From: Eubacteriales bacterium
GTDB taxonomy: Bacteria > Bacillota > Clostridia > Oscillospirales > CAG-272
DNA: 64,000 bases
Reading direction: 5' to 3'
NCBI GenBank assembly: GCA_045541735.1
Contig: JAZQJQ010000138.1
Coordinates: forward strand, 11,034 to 75,033
Of the stretch, positions 18,854-27,735 are shown piece after piece. Both the position numbers and the translations under genes were made by a program. A model generated the notes under the pieces. The model searched no databases and was not told the DNA's origin. It worked only from the letters and a program-made list of their open reading frames with translations. Position 1 is the stretch's first letter. Each line of letters opens with the position of its first letter.

Positions 18854-21313
18854 TCACTTTTTAAGTCCGAGTCTTTCAACAGACTCGTCGCGCATCTTGT
18901 ATTTAAGTATCTTGCCTGCGGCATTCATCGGGAATTCATTTACAAAGATGAAGTAGCGCGGTACCTTATGGCGCGCAATGGATGCATTTCCGTACTCCTT
19001 CATCTCCGCTTCATCCGCAGTCTCTCCCTTATGAAGAATCACCCAAGCACAGCATTCCTCGCCGTATCTTTCATCCGGCACGCCGACAACCTGTACGTCG
19101 CGCACTTTGGGATTGGTAAGATAGAACTCCTCTATCTCGCGTGGATAGAGATTCTCTCCTCCGCGGATTATCATATCTTTGAGACGTCCCGTTACCTTGT
19201 AGTATCCATCGGGAGTGCGGCAGCAAATATCTCCCGAATGGAGCCAGCCGTCCTCGTCGATAGCCTGAGCGGTAGCCTCGGGCATCTTATAATAACCCTT
19301 CATGATGTTGAATCCGCGCGCAACGAATTCTCCGCTCTCTCCATCCGGAAGCTCCAATCCTGTCTCGGGGTCGATGATCTTACATTCAACACCGGGGAAA
19401 GCGCTTCCGACGGTCTCAACGCGATGGTCGAGGTCCTCGTTGACCTCACCCATTGTACATCCGGGCGATGCCTCGGTCTGTCCGTACACGGAGATTATCT
19501 CGCGCATATTCATCTCAACGGAAGCACGGCGCATAAGGTCTGCGGGGCAGTTAGCGCCTGCCATAATGCCCGTGCGCATATAGGAAAAGTCTGTTTTTGC
19601 AAAATCTGCGTGGTTGAACATGGCGATAAACATCGTGGGTACGCCGTTAAAGCATGTAATATGCTCGTCGTTTACGCACGCAAGTGACGACTTCGGCGAA
19701 AAGTACGGAATGGGGCAAAGCGTTCCTCCGTGTGTCATCATCGACGTCATAGAAAGAACCATTCCAAAGCAATGGAACATAGGAACCTGTATCATCATTC
19801 TGTCAGCAGTGGAGAGGTCCATTCTGTCGCCGATGGTTTTGCCGTTGTTTACTATGTTACGGTGTGTAAGCATAACACCTTTGGGAAATCCGGTGGTACC
19901 CGAGGTATACTGCATATTGCAAACGTCATCGGGCTTTACAAGCGATGCACGGCGGCGGACTTCTTCCATAGGAACCATTGCGGAACGCGCAAGCATCTGC
20001 TCGTAGGTAAGGCATCCCTGCATAGAGAATCCGACTGTCACGACGTTGCGCAGGAAAGGAAGATTCTTGGAGTACAAAGGTTCTCCGGGAGAGAGCGAAT
20101 CAAGCTCGGGGCAAAGCTCATGTACGATCTCCTTGTAATTAATATCCTTGCAGTACTCTATCATAACGAGGGTATGAGTATCCGACTGCTTTAACAGATA
20201 TTCGATCTCGTGGATCTTATACGCTGTGTTGACCGTCACAAGAACAGCGCCAATCTTTGTAGTCGCCCAGAAGGTAATAAACCACTCGGGAACGTTAGTC
20301 GCCCATACTGCAACGTGGTCGCCCGCCTTAACTCCGAGCGAGATAAGCGCGGCAGCGCACTCATCGACGTCTCGCCTGAACTGAGTATACGTTCTTGTAT
20401 AATCAAGCGTGGGATATTTAAAAGCGTACTGATCGGGATACTTTTCAGCCATTGTATCAAGTACGTCCGCAAAGGTAGCATCAATAACGTCGTACTTTTT
20501 CCAAACGAAGGTTCCGGTTTTTGCTCGGTTATAATATACGCGGTCGTAATTGCCTTTTTTCCTGCCGAGGCCTGAAACATAGTTTGCAAAATGAGTGAGA
20601 ACGATATCCGCGTCGTTTATCTCTTCATTCCACGCGGCACAGATAAATCCATCGTAATTAAGAGAAGAGAGAGCGTTAATAAGCTTCTCTACGGGAAGCT
20701 CACCCTCGCCGATAAGCACGGTCTTTCCGTCCTTCATATCACCGAGGCGAACGTATTTGATATAAGCACCAAGGGTCTTTATTGTAGTTTCCGCAGTTTC
20801 TCCGGCGTAGAAATACGTGCCCCTTACGTTCCAGGAAACACCGATAGCGGCAGAAGAAAAGTAATTGATAAGCTCTATTATATTCTCGGTATTTGCAAGG
20901 TAGCCAACGGTCTCAAAGAGAATACGAACACCGCTCTTTTCTGCACACTTTATAGCGCTTTCAAGCTTTTCGTTAAGTATATCGCGGCTTACTTCCCTTT
21001 CAATGCGTACGATGACGTCCTCAACTCCGGACGATGCCGCCATATCAACGTATTTAACGAGAACGTCGGAGCTTGCCTCCCCGTTATCGAGAGAAACGGG
21101 ATAATGCAATGCAGAAACGGCAAGGTCGCGGTTAAAGAGTTTTCTTTTAGAATCTGCAACGCGGTCGCGGCGAAGAACGCTGTCGTGATGCTGAAAGCGT
21201 TCCTTTAACGCATCATATATTTCAAAGCCGGAAAAACCGTAATCATAGGCATATCGGCAAGTGTCAAGGAACGAGGCACGAGAAACGTGCTTCGTTGAAA
21301 ACACGATTTTCAT
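18854..21313 (-). CDS. Fusion protein: N-terminal xylose-isomerase-like TIM-barrel (sugar phosphate isomerase/epimerase family) plus C-terminal AMP-forming acyl-CoA ligase
   Basis: aa 1 to approx 255 look like the AP-endonuclease-2/xylose isomerase-like TIM barrel (GFSGFEIYD..., VRILFETVG). aa approx 265-819 carry YTSGTTGFPKGVMLTH, GYYKMPEATA, WLHSGD, GRLKDMIIRGGENLYPREIE and GKILK adenylation motifs. Confidence 0.8.
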   Translation of the reverse strand: MKIVFSTKHVSRASFLDTCRYAYDYGFSGFEIYDALKERFQHHDSVLRRDRVADSKRKLFNRDLAVSALHYPVSLDNGEASSDVLVKYVDMAASSGVEDVIVRIEREVSRDILNEKLESAIKCAEKSGVRILFETVGYLANTENIIELINYFSSAAIGVSWNVRGTYFYAGETAETTIKTLGAYIKYVRLGDMKDGKTVLIGEGELPVEKLINALSSLNYDGFICAAWNEEINDADIVLTHFANYVSGLGRKKGNYDRVYYNRAKTGTFVWKKYDVIDATFADVLDTMAEKYPDQYAFKYPTLDYTRTYTQFRRDVDECAAALISLGVKAGDHVAVWATNVPEWFITFWATTKIGAVLVTVNTAYKIHEIEYLLKQSDTHTLVMIEYCKDINYKEIVHELCPELDSLSPGEPLYSKNLPFLRNVVTVGFSMQGCLTYEQMLARSAMVPMEEVRRRASLVKPDDVCNMQYTSGTTGFPKGVMLTHRNIVNNGKTIGDRMDLSTADRMMIQVPMFHCFGMVLSMTSMMTHGGTLCPIPYFSPKSSLACVNDEHITCFNGVPTMFIAMFNHADFAKTDFSYMRTGIMAGANCPADLMRRASVEMNMREIISVYGQTEASPGCTMGEVNEDLDHRVETVGSAFPGVECKIIDPETGLELPDGESGEFVARGFNIMKGYYKMPEATAQAIDEDGWLHSGDICCRTPDGYYKVTGRLKDMIIRGGENLYPREIEEFYLTNPKVRDVQVVGVPDERYGEECCAWVILHKGETADEAEMKEYGNASIARHKVPRYFIFVNEFPMNAAGKILKYKMRDESVERLGLKK

Positions 21314-21314
21314 A

Positions 21315-22703
21315 TTACTCCTCCTCGAACACTATCTTATTGAGTGCATTTATGTATGCTCTGATACTTGCGGCAACAATGTCGGTAGAGATACCGTTAC
21401 CGGAATAAAGCTTACCGTTATTACGCAGGCGGACAAGCGCCGAGCCGAGCGCTTCCTTGCCCTCGGTTACGGACTGTACCTGAAAGTCATCCAGCTCGTA
21501 GTGATAACCCACGCACTGTTCGATAGCGCGGAAAGCGGAATCAATGGGGCCGTCGCCAATACTTACACCGGATATCGTCTCGCCGTTGCATTTAAGAGTA
21601 ACTTGAGACATCGATCCTGTAAGATTACTGCTGTTAGTTGTATAATTATCAAGATGATATGTTGAAGGAGCCTGCATTGCAGAGCTTGCGATAAGTGCCT
21701 CAAGCTCCTTAGCTCCGACTGCATCCTTCTTTTCGCATACCTGGATCAGCGCCTTATGAACGTTTCCGCAATCGGAATCGGAAAGATCGTAGCCAAGCAG
21801 GCTGGCAGCCTGAGCCACTTGCGCTATCGTGCTATCTCCGTCAAGCAGGATCTTCTTCTTTTCGCTTACCGCGGAATCGTCCTCGTAAGCCTCATGATTA
21901 ATACTTGAAAGCATATCATCGATGCTTGCATGGATCTTTGTGTTGTTGAGCTTTGTTTCAGCATCTATTCTAGCTCCGCAAACACCGATCGCGTCGCAGA
22001 TAGCACCGGTTTGCAAAACGTCCTTGCCCGCCATCGCACACTTAACTCCGTCAGCACCGGAGCAAACGGCCGCAAGCGCAGATGCAACAGACATATTGAT
22101 ACGGTCCGATACCTGCACGTAAACTGGAATACCTACCGCACTCTTGAGCTTAGCGGCAAGAGATGCTATCTCCTCAGGCATTGCTATTCCCGCATCGTCG
22201 CACACGTTTACAGCAGTTGCGCCGTTCTCTTCTGCACTCTTAGCAACAGAAACGAGAAAATCAATATCCGTGCGCGTAGCGTCAAGCGCAGAAAACTCTA
22301 CGTCCGCGCAATAAGTTTTAGCAAAAGAAACAAGCTTGGCTATCTTATCGAGCATCTTTTCAGCCTTTACGTGATAGGTGTACTCCATCTGCACGGTCGA
22401 GGTAGGAAGCTCGATCTGGAGACGTGGATGCTTTGCATCTTTGACACATTCCCAAGCATTTGTGATCTCTTCCTCGCTGAATCCGGCAGGAATGACCACA
22501 GCGGCGTTCTGTACGTTCTTCGAAACTGTTTTGTAGATAATTGTATCTTCGCGCAGATTTTTTATGGGTGCAAGCTCTATCGCATCAACACCGATAGCAT
22601 CGGCGCAAGCCGCTATCGCTGTTTTTTCACGGAACAGAAGCGCAACTGCCCTATCCTCCGCAAGCTTTTTAAGCGTAATGTCCGAAACGTAGATCTTTTT
22701 CAT
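21315..22703 (-). CDS. 2-isopropylmalate synthase-like pseudoenzyme: degenerate HMGL/DRE-TIM catalytic domain with a retained LeuA-dimer (leucine-binding regulatory) domain
   Basis: Canonical DTTLRDGEQ is replaced by SDITLKKLAED, and canonical HxHNDxG by VQVSDRIN. The C-terminus keeps a LeuA_dimer-like segment: GDGPIDSAFRAIEQ...DDFQVQSVTEGKEALG...STDIVAASIRAYINALNKI. Confidence 0.7.
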   Translation of the reverse strand: MKKIYVSDITLKKLAEDRAVALLFREKTAIAACADAIGVDAIELAPIKNLREDTIIYKTVSKNVQNAAVVIPAGFSEEEITNAWECVKDAKHPRLQIELPTSTVQMEYTYHVKAEKMLDKIAKLVSFAKTYCADVEFSALDATRTDIDFLVSVAKSAEENGATAVNVCDDAGIAMPEEIASLAAKLKSAVGIPVYVQVSDRINMSVASALAAVCSGADGVKCAMAGKDVLQTGAICDAIGVCGARIDAETKLNNTKIHASIDDMLSSINHEAYEDDSAVSEKKKILLDGDSTIAQVAQAASLLGYDLSDSDCGNVHKALIQVCEKKDAVGAKELEALIASSAMQAPSTYHLDNYTTNSSNLTGSMSQVTLKCNGETISGVSIGDGPIDSAFRAIEQCVGYHYELDDFQVQSVTEGKEALGSALVRLRNNGKLYSGNGISTDIVAASIRAYINALNKIVFEEE

Positions 22704-22744
22704 TTGTTAGCTCCTTTTATAACAAGATTTAGGGCAAATATCAA

Positions 22745-23013
22745 CAAAAAAACGTTTTCGTCTCCTTGTTGACTCAAAGAGACGAAAACGTAATCAAATA
22801 ACATTTCCGCGGTACCACTCTTCTTCATCCAAACGGATGCCCTCAGATGCTATCACATCGCACTCTGTAACGGGAGTTCCCGTCCGCCCCTACTGCAAGT
22901 TCACGGCAGCCGCTCCGCGGTGAGTTCGGCAGATACTTCCCAATGCCTCGCACCAACCGACATCTCTCACCAGGCGAAGAAATCCGCTTACTATTCCGCA
23001 TCACTGCGTTTAA
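22745..23013 (-). promoter_or_regulatory. T-box riboswitch leader, probable Leu specifier CUC
   Basis: Minus strand reads ...GGUGAGAGAUG (AG bay)...GGUGCGAG...GCCGAA-CUC-ACC (specifier CUC at 22924-22922 followed by A)...AGAGUGGUACCGCGG (T-box motif, 22807-22820). Terminator hairpin acgttttcgtctc / gagacgaaaacgt (22752-22791) plus U7. Confidence 0.8.
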
Positions 23014-23021
23014 CTTATTGC

Positions 23022-23050
23022 ATTGTATCACAACAAAACGGCATTGTCAA
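23022..23050 (-). promoter_or_regulatory. Sigma-A promoter driving the T-box leader
   Basis: Minus strand TTGACA - 17 nt - TACAAT, immediately upstream of the leader. Confidence 0.5.
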
Positions 23051-23090
23051 TACTGTTTTTTGAATTTTCATCAAGACAAACCTGCAGTTA

Positions 23091-23675
23091 TTAACACGAT
23101 CCGCTCTGCTCGGCTATCGCGTTCCGCCAACAACTGTGGCACATCGCTACGTATGAATCGTTACCTCCCAAAAGTATCTGTCCTCCCTCGGTAACGATCT
23201 TCCCTTTTGCGTCGATTCTGGCATTTACAACCGCTTTTTTTCCGCAAGAGCAAATGGTCTTGATCTCAGAGATCGAATCAGCAACCTCCATAAGTCTTCG
23301 GCTGCCATCAAAAAAACGTGTGAGAAAGTCCGTTCGCAGACCGAAGCACAGCACCGGTACGTCGTACTTGTCAACTATCTTTCTAAGCTGGTCTATTTGT
23401 TTTTCAGTGAAAAACTGGCATTCATCCGCAATTATAACGTGATATTCCCTTTGCTTTGAAAACTCTTCATAAATATCCGTATCGCAAGAAACTGCATAAG
23501 CCTTTGCGGTAAGACCTACGCGGGAGGTTACGGCATCTGCACCGTCGCGTGTATCAAGTGCAGGTTTAATAAGCCACACTTTCATTCCGCGTTCCTCGTA
23601 ATTAAACTTGGTTATAAGCGCATTTGCAGTCTTTGAGGACCCCATTGCACCGTACTTGAAATATAGCTTTGCCAT
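23091..23675 (-). CDS. tdk: Thymidine kinase
   Basis: MAKLYFKYGAMGSSKTANAL (P-loop) and C-terminal zinc-ribbon cysteines CSCGKKA...CHSC. Start moved to ATG 23675. Confidence 0.9.
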   Translation of the reverse strand: MAKLYFKYGAMGSSKTANALITKFNYEERGMKVWLIKPALDTRDGADAVTSRVGLTAKAYAVSCDTDIYEEFSKQREYHVIIADECQFFTEKQIDQLRKIVDKYDVPVLCFGLRTDFLTRFFDGSRRLMEVADSISEIKTICSCGKKAVVNARIDAKGKIVTEGGQILLGGNDSYVAMCHSCWRNAIAEQSGSC

Positions 23676-23825
23676 AAAACCACCCTCTGTTGCTCGTTCT
23701 GAGTAGATTTTATTACATATTTCGACCTTTGTCAATAAATATTCTTATCCGATTGATATTGAAGTTAAGACAAAAGCGTGTTAGAATGTAGCTGATAATA
23801 CAGATCAACCATCAGGAGTACCGTT

Positions 23826-24674
23826 ATGAGTATAAGTGTAAAATTTCTCAAAGCGCTAAACAAGCTTTTCCCCGCAGTCGAGCACCCGTTAAATTTACAA
23901 AACGAAGGTAAGATGAGCTATGCTGAATGGCAATACAAATGGGGCGGCAAGACAGTTGAGTGCTTTGCACCCAAATTTACACCAGAGGATATTTTTAAGG
24001 GTAAAATAGTTCTTGATATGGGTTGCGGCGCTTCCGGTAAAAGCCTTTACTACCTCTCTATCGGCGCTAAGGAGGTAGTCGGCATCGACATAGTGCCACA
24101 TTACAAGGAAGCCGCCGAGGCTTTTGCTGATAAGCTCGGTTTTTCCGACCGTTTTACGTTTATTTTAGGCGATGCACTTAATTTGCCCGTTGAGGAAAAC
24201 ACCTTTGACGTTGTTATAATGAACGACTTTATGGAGCACATATACGATCCCGAAAAAGCCGTAAAGGAAGCGTTGCGCGTGCTGAAGCACGGAGGAAGAT
24301 TATACATCAATTTCCCGCCTTATTTTCACCCTATGGGCATCCATATGAGCGACGTTATCGGTATCCCGTGGGTGCATATGCTGTTTACACAAAAAACACT
24401 CATTACAGCATATAAGGATCTGGTAAAGGGTCTTCCCGACGAGAAGGAGAGGCTCTCCCTCCGTTTCAGTATCGATGAAAAAGGCAAAGAATATATCAGC
24501 TACCTCAACAAGATGACGATCCGCAAATTCCGCGCTATAGCTAAAAAAATGAACTTGGATATCTATTGGTATAACGAGATCCCACTGAGAAGTTATTTTA
24601 ATCTGTTTGCAAAAACGCCGATTCTTAAAGAAATGTTCGTAAAGATGTGCGCGTGTGTCATTGAAAAGAAATAA
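23826..24674 (+). CDS. Class I SAM-dependent methyltransferase
   Basis: Motif I VLDMGCGASGK and post-I/II segments DVVIMNDFMEH, LKHGGRLYI. Confidence 0.75.
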   Translation: MSISVKFLKALNKLFPAVEHPLNLQNEGKMSYAEWQYKWGGKTVECFAPKFTPEDIFKGKIVLDMGCGASGKSLYYLSIGAKEVVGIDIVPHYKEAAEAFADKLGFSDRFTFILGDALNLPVEENTFDVVIMNDFMEHIYDPEKAVKEALRVLKHGGRLYINFPPYFHPMGIHMSDVIGIPWVHMLFTQKTLITAYKDLVKGLPDEKERLSLRFSIDEKGKEYISYLNKMTIRKFRAIAKKMNLDIYWYNEIPLRSYFNLFAKTPILKEMFVKMCACVIEKK

Positions 24675-24727
24675 CAACAATAACTGATCGGAAAGACAAT
24701 TATCAATCATTTTCTAATGTGAAGAAA

Positions 24728-24767
24728 GCAGCTGCTGCAAACGATTGAAAACATTTGCAGCAGCCGC
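24728..24767. terminator. Hairpin between convergent genes (bidirectional terminator candidate)
   Basis: gcagctgctgcaaa / tttgcagcagccgc, 14-bp stem with one mismatch and T-rich flanks. Confidence 0.5.
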
Positions 24768-24788
24768 TTTAGATTTAAAAAGAAAAAC

Positions 24789-25634
24789 TCATTTCAAATA
24801 CGGTTTTGTCCTGCCGCCCATATAGTAGGCGAATACCTCAGGCTTATCTATTATCTCTCTCGCGAAAATCAGAAGCGCAATAAATGACGGCGTGGGACTA
24901 AAATGATACACTGTTTGCAGCTCGTCATCCATTTCTATCTGCGATGAATAGACTAAGCTGTATTTTTTTAGCGTTTTCAATATTTCGTTCGCTTTTTCAT
25001 ACTCGACCGCAAGATTTTTTACAAGCAATGCGGGAGTGAAGGCTTTTTTATGATCGCGCTTATACAAAAGCAAACATGCGTCCCAAAAAGCCTTATCGGA
25101 AAGCTCCTTGAAAAACAAAGGATAATCAATACCGTTAAAATAAGCAGCATCGCAGTTTTCGGGATCTTTCACGATCAAAAAATACTGAAGACGGTTTGCA
25201 ATACCCATACGAGTAAATCCGTCATTCTGCATTATCGACGAGTAATGCTGCACGTTCGCACCGATGCCTTTTTCATATTCTTCAATGCTGCACGTTCCGG
25301 CTGTGCTACTGTTTGGCATAAGGGCGCGTTCCATATCCCAGCAATAGTTAAATACAAGGTTTAGGCGCTTATCGCGTGCAGTCTCGCCGACCTTTTCCAT
25401 CAATGCGGATTGAAGATCTCTGTAATCTGTTACGCTTCTGCCAAACAAAAGATCAACTGAAACGGAAAAGAAGTCCGCAATCTTTGGCAGAAGGTCTGTG
25501 TCCGGTACTCCGCCGTTCTCCCATTTTGACACAGCCTGCGCACTTACCCCAACGTAATTTGCAAGTTCTTCCTGCGTTATTCCCTTCTCCTTGCGTAAAC
25601 GTGCGATCTGCCTGCCTATCATTTCTGTAGCCAT
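24789..25634 (-). CDS. XRE-family HTH transcriptional regulator with uncharacterised C-terminal domain
   Basis: IGRQIARLRKEKGITQEELANYVGVSAQAVSKWENG is a canonical HTH_3. Confidence 0.75.
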   Translation of the reverse strand: MATEMIGRQIARLRKEKGITQEELANYVGVSAQAVSKWENGGVPDTDLLPKIADFFSVSVDLLFGRSVTDYRDLQSALMEKVGETARDKRLNLVFNYCWDMERALMPNSSTAGTCSIEEYEKGIGANVQHYSSIMQNDGFTRMGIANRLQYFLIVKDPENCDAAYFNGIDYPLFFKELSDKAFWDACLLLYKRDHKKAFTPALLVKNLAVEYEKANEILKTLKKYSLVYSSQIEMDDELQTVYHFSPTPSFIALLIFAREIIDKPEVFAYYMGGRTKPYLK

Positions 25635-25752
25635 ATTCTTACTCCCTCAGTATTTCAAAAGCGTTTACTTTGGCTATATATTAGCACAATCGCCGGTTGA
25701 TTTCAATAGAGGTGACGTTGACGAAAACAAATGCAGGTTGAGTCCACCGAAA

Positions 25753-25797
25753 ACAATATGAAAACATATTGTAGCAAGCCTTTACACGTGATATAAT
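25753..25797 (+). promoter_or_regulatory. Palindromic operator overlapping a putative extended -10 promoter
   Basis: Perfect inverted repeat ACAATATG-aaaa-CATATTGT (25753-25772). TTGTAG (25769-25774) - 17 nt - TGaTATAAT (25789-25797). Confidence 0.4.
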
Positions 25798-25801
25798 ATG
25801 A

Positions 25802-25915
25802 TTACTTACCGAGCCGATGGTCACGCATACCTATACGCTTGCGAGAATCGACGAGGCATACGAGCTGTTTGAGAATAAGCGCGACGGTGTTATTAAGATC
25901 GTGGTGGAGTGTTGA
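25802..25915 (+). pseudogene. 3'-terminal remnant (37 codons) of a zinc-type alcohol dehydrogenase gene
   Basis: Frame opens just after a stop at 25799 and reads LLTEPMVTHTYTLARIDEAYELFENKRDGVIKIVVEC*. This resembles the conserved C-terminus of medium-chain dehydrogenases. No upstream body is present. Confidence 0.5.
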
Positions 25916-25950
25916 AAATAATGTGTGATAATTGCGAGGTGGTCCAAATA

Positions 25951-26799
25951 ATGATTTCTAAAAATTTTAAATTTTTATATAAGCATTTTAAAGATAAGCA
26001 AGAAGTATTGGCGAAAATGTTTAATGTCCCACAAAGCAATATTAGTGGATACATAAATGGAACGAAACCAATCCCTACAGATATTTTGCATAAAATCGCT
26101 ATTAGATATAGTGTAAGTGTTGATGATCTGGTTAATAAAGATATATCCTTGGAATTTGATACACCACAAACAATAGAGTTGAAAGACACCATGAATTTTA
26201 GCGAAAATATGTTTCCTATTCTTACCTCGAACATTGCCAAAACGAACGATAATTTTAATCGTGCACATAATATTTTGCTTGATACTTTACGATTGGATAC
26301 GCTGGATGCTTTTTACGGAAAAATTAATATATTAGAGCATGCCATAACTCTGTTTCAAAAGGCATGGAATGAATCTAAAAGTTATGTTGCACTATCTAAT
26401 TGTTTATCAACAATTTTGTTGATCTATACTTTTTATAGTCAGAGAGGCATCCATATTGGGCAGGAATTGATTAAAAAAGGAGCTTTAAGTTCATTTGATA
26501 TTGAAAGTAGTTTCCTTCGAGATCCAAGAAAACCCGAATCTACCAATCCATATGAAGAGAAACAAAAGACATTTTTTGAAAAATACGATGACCTTGTATA
26601 TGAAAGTATCAAGTCGTTGAAAGGTAATTCCCAATTTTCTGAGCTGGGTGATTATTATTTAGCAATGTGTTATTTTGTTGGCTTTGCAGAAGATTTTATA
26701 AAATATGAGGAATGCTCGCGCACAGGACTTTATATGCTTATTCAACTTAGTAAGATTGACAATAAATATGCAGACAAGTTTTTTGATACCATGCCTTAA
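25951..26799 (+). CDS. HTH (XRE-type) protein with about 210-aa helical C-terminal domain, in an AT-rich islet; possible RRNPP/Rgg-like regulator
   Basis: LAKMFNVPQSNISGYINGTKPIPTDILHKIAIRYSVSVDDLV is an HTH_3. Start set at ATG 25951 behind SD gaggtgg. Hand counts of lines 25921 and 25981 give 23% and 32% G+C, against 43% for line 25441 in the neighbouring regulator gene. Confidence 0.6.
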   Translation: MISKNFKFLYKHFKDKQEVLAKMFNVPQSNISGYINGTKPIPTDILHKIAIRYSVSVDDLVNKDISLEFDTPQTIELKDTMNFSENMFPILTSNIAKTNDNFNRAHNILLDTLRLDTLDAFYGKINILEHAITLFQKAWNESKSYVALSNCLSTILLIYTFYSQRGIHIGQELIKKGALSSFDIESSFLRDPRKPESTNPYEEKQKTFFEKYDDLVYESIKSLKGNSQFSELGDYYLAMCYFVGFAEDFIKYEECSRTGLYMLIQLSKIDNKYADKFFDTMP

Positions 26800-26909
26800 T
26801 TATCGTGAATCGCGATATTGTTGCCGTAAAAATCTATTGCCTTCATTTGCTAATAATGATAGAATATAAATGCAAACAACCAAATCATTAAACAAATGGA
26901 GGTGCATTT

Positions 26910-27269
26910 ATGTACGATGCTTGCGATGTATTACACGCTTCTTTTTGCTCCGCTGATGTAGCCAATCACGTTCTGCGCGAATATGGTGAAGGTAGCATGG
27001 GAAAAGGAATTCGAAAGTTAGCTGGGGAGATGCTAACAATCGGAGGACAACAGAGTTATGGTATCGGTTATGATGCAGGAGTTTCGGATACCTATCCGGC
27101 AGCATTTAAGGACGGTGCTGTGACAGGCTCAATCATTTGCGCTTGCGCAGTTGGTTTGATCGGATTCGGTGTTTGGTGCACCAAAAAACTAATTGAACAC
27201 CATAACGCAAAAAAAGAAGCAACCCAACTACTTACCGAAACTGCAGAGGAGGTGTCTGCTAATGCCTAA
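26910..27269 (+). CDS. Hypothetical protein with one C-terminal TM helix
   Basis: SD ggaggtg 6 nt upstream. Putative promoter TTGCCT...TAGAAT upstream. TM segment GSIICACAVGLIGFGVWC. No family recognised. Confidence 0.45.
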   Translation: MYDACDVLHASFCSADVANHVLREYGEGSMGKGIRKLAGEMLTIGGQQSYGIGYDAGVSDTYPAAFKDGAVTGSIICACAVGLIGFGVWCTKKLIEHHNAKKEATQLLTETAEEVSANA

Positions 27270-27447
27270 GAACAAACTGGATGCAGTCAATTTTTGTAAA
27301 ATACTTGACATGTTTGGAGAGGAAGCCGCAAGAGATACTCTCAAAGATGTTAACGATGGCAAAATTAGTGAAAAGACCATCGAAAAGTATCTTTACGATG
27401 AAACCGAAACAAAGGAGCAGTATGCAGAACGCCTCAAACGAGAGTAA
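27262..27447 (+). CDS. Hypothetical small acidic protein (61 aa)
   Basis: ATG 27262 preceded by SD gaggagg, overlapping the stop of the upstream ORF by 8 nt. The track version (27193) starts earlier in the same frame. Confidence 0.4.
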   Translation: MPKNKLDAVNFCKILDMFGEEAARDTLKDVNDGKISEKTIEKYLYDETETKEQYAERLKRE

Positions 27448-27492
27448 AATTTTCTACGCAGTAACCAAAGAAAAGCCAATTGAAAACAAAAA

Positions 27493-27530
27493 ACGGCGGT
27501 TCTCAGAGCAGAGAACCGCCGTCATTTTGC
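27493..27530 (+). terminator. Rho-independent terminator of the small-gene pair
   Basis: acggcggttctc / gagaaccgccgt, perfect 12-bp stem with 6-nt loop, then cATTTTg. Confidence 0.6.
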
Positions 27531-27700
27531 ATGAAATAAAAGTCTGAAAGTGCAGAAAATCCTTATGGAATATAGCCTTTTTGTGCCAAATGTGGTCAAA
27601 CATGTGGTCAAGCCTGTTTTTGAAGCCATTTTGGGCAAAAAAATAGCGGACATTTTCGAGGCGGTTCAAACACCAAAAAGCCCGAAAAAGCCCGTAAAAT

Positions 27701-27734
27701 TAAGAAAAACGAGGGTTCGTTATGAACCCTCGTT
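27701..27734 (-). terminator. Terminator directly after tRNA-Pro
   Basis: aacgagggttc / gaaccctcgtt hairpin (27708-27734), followed on the minus strand by TTTCTTAATTTT. Confidence 0.65.
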
Positions 27735-27735
27735 T

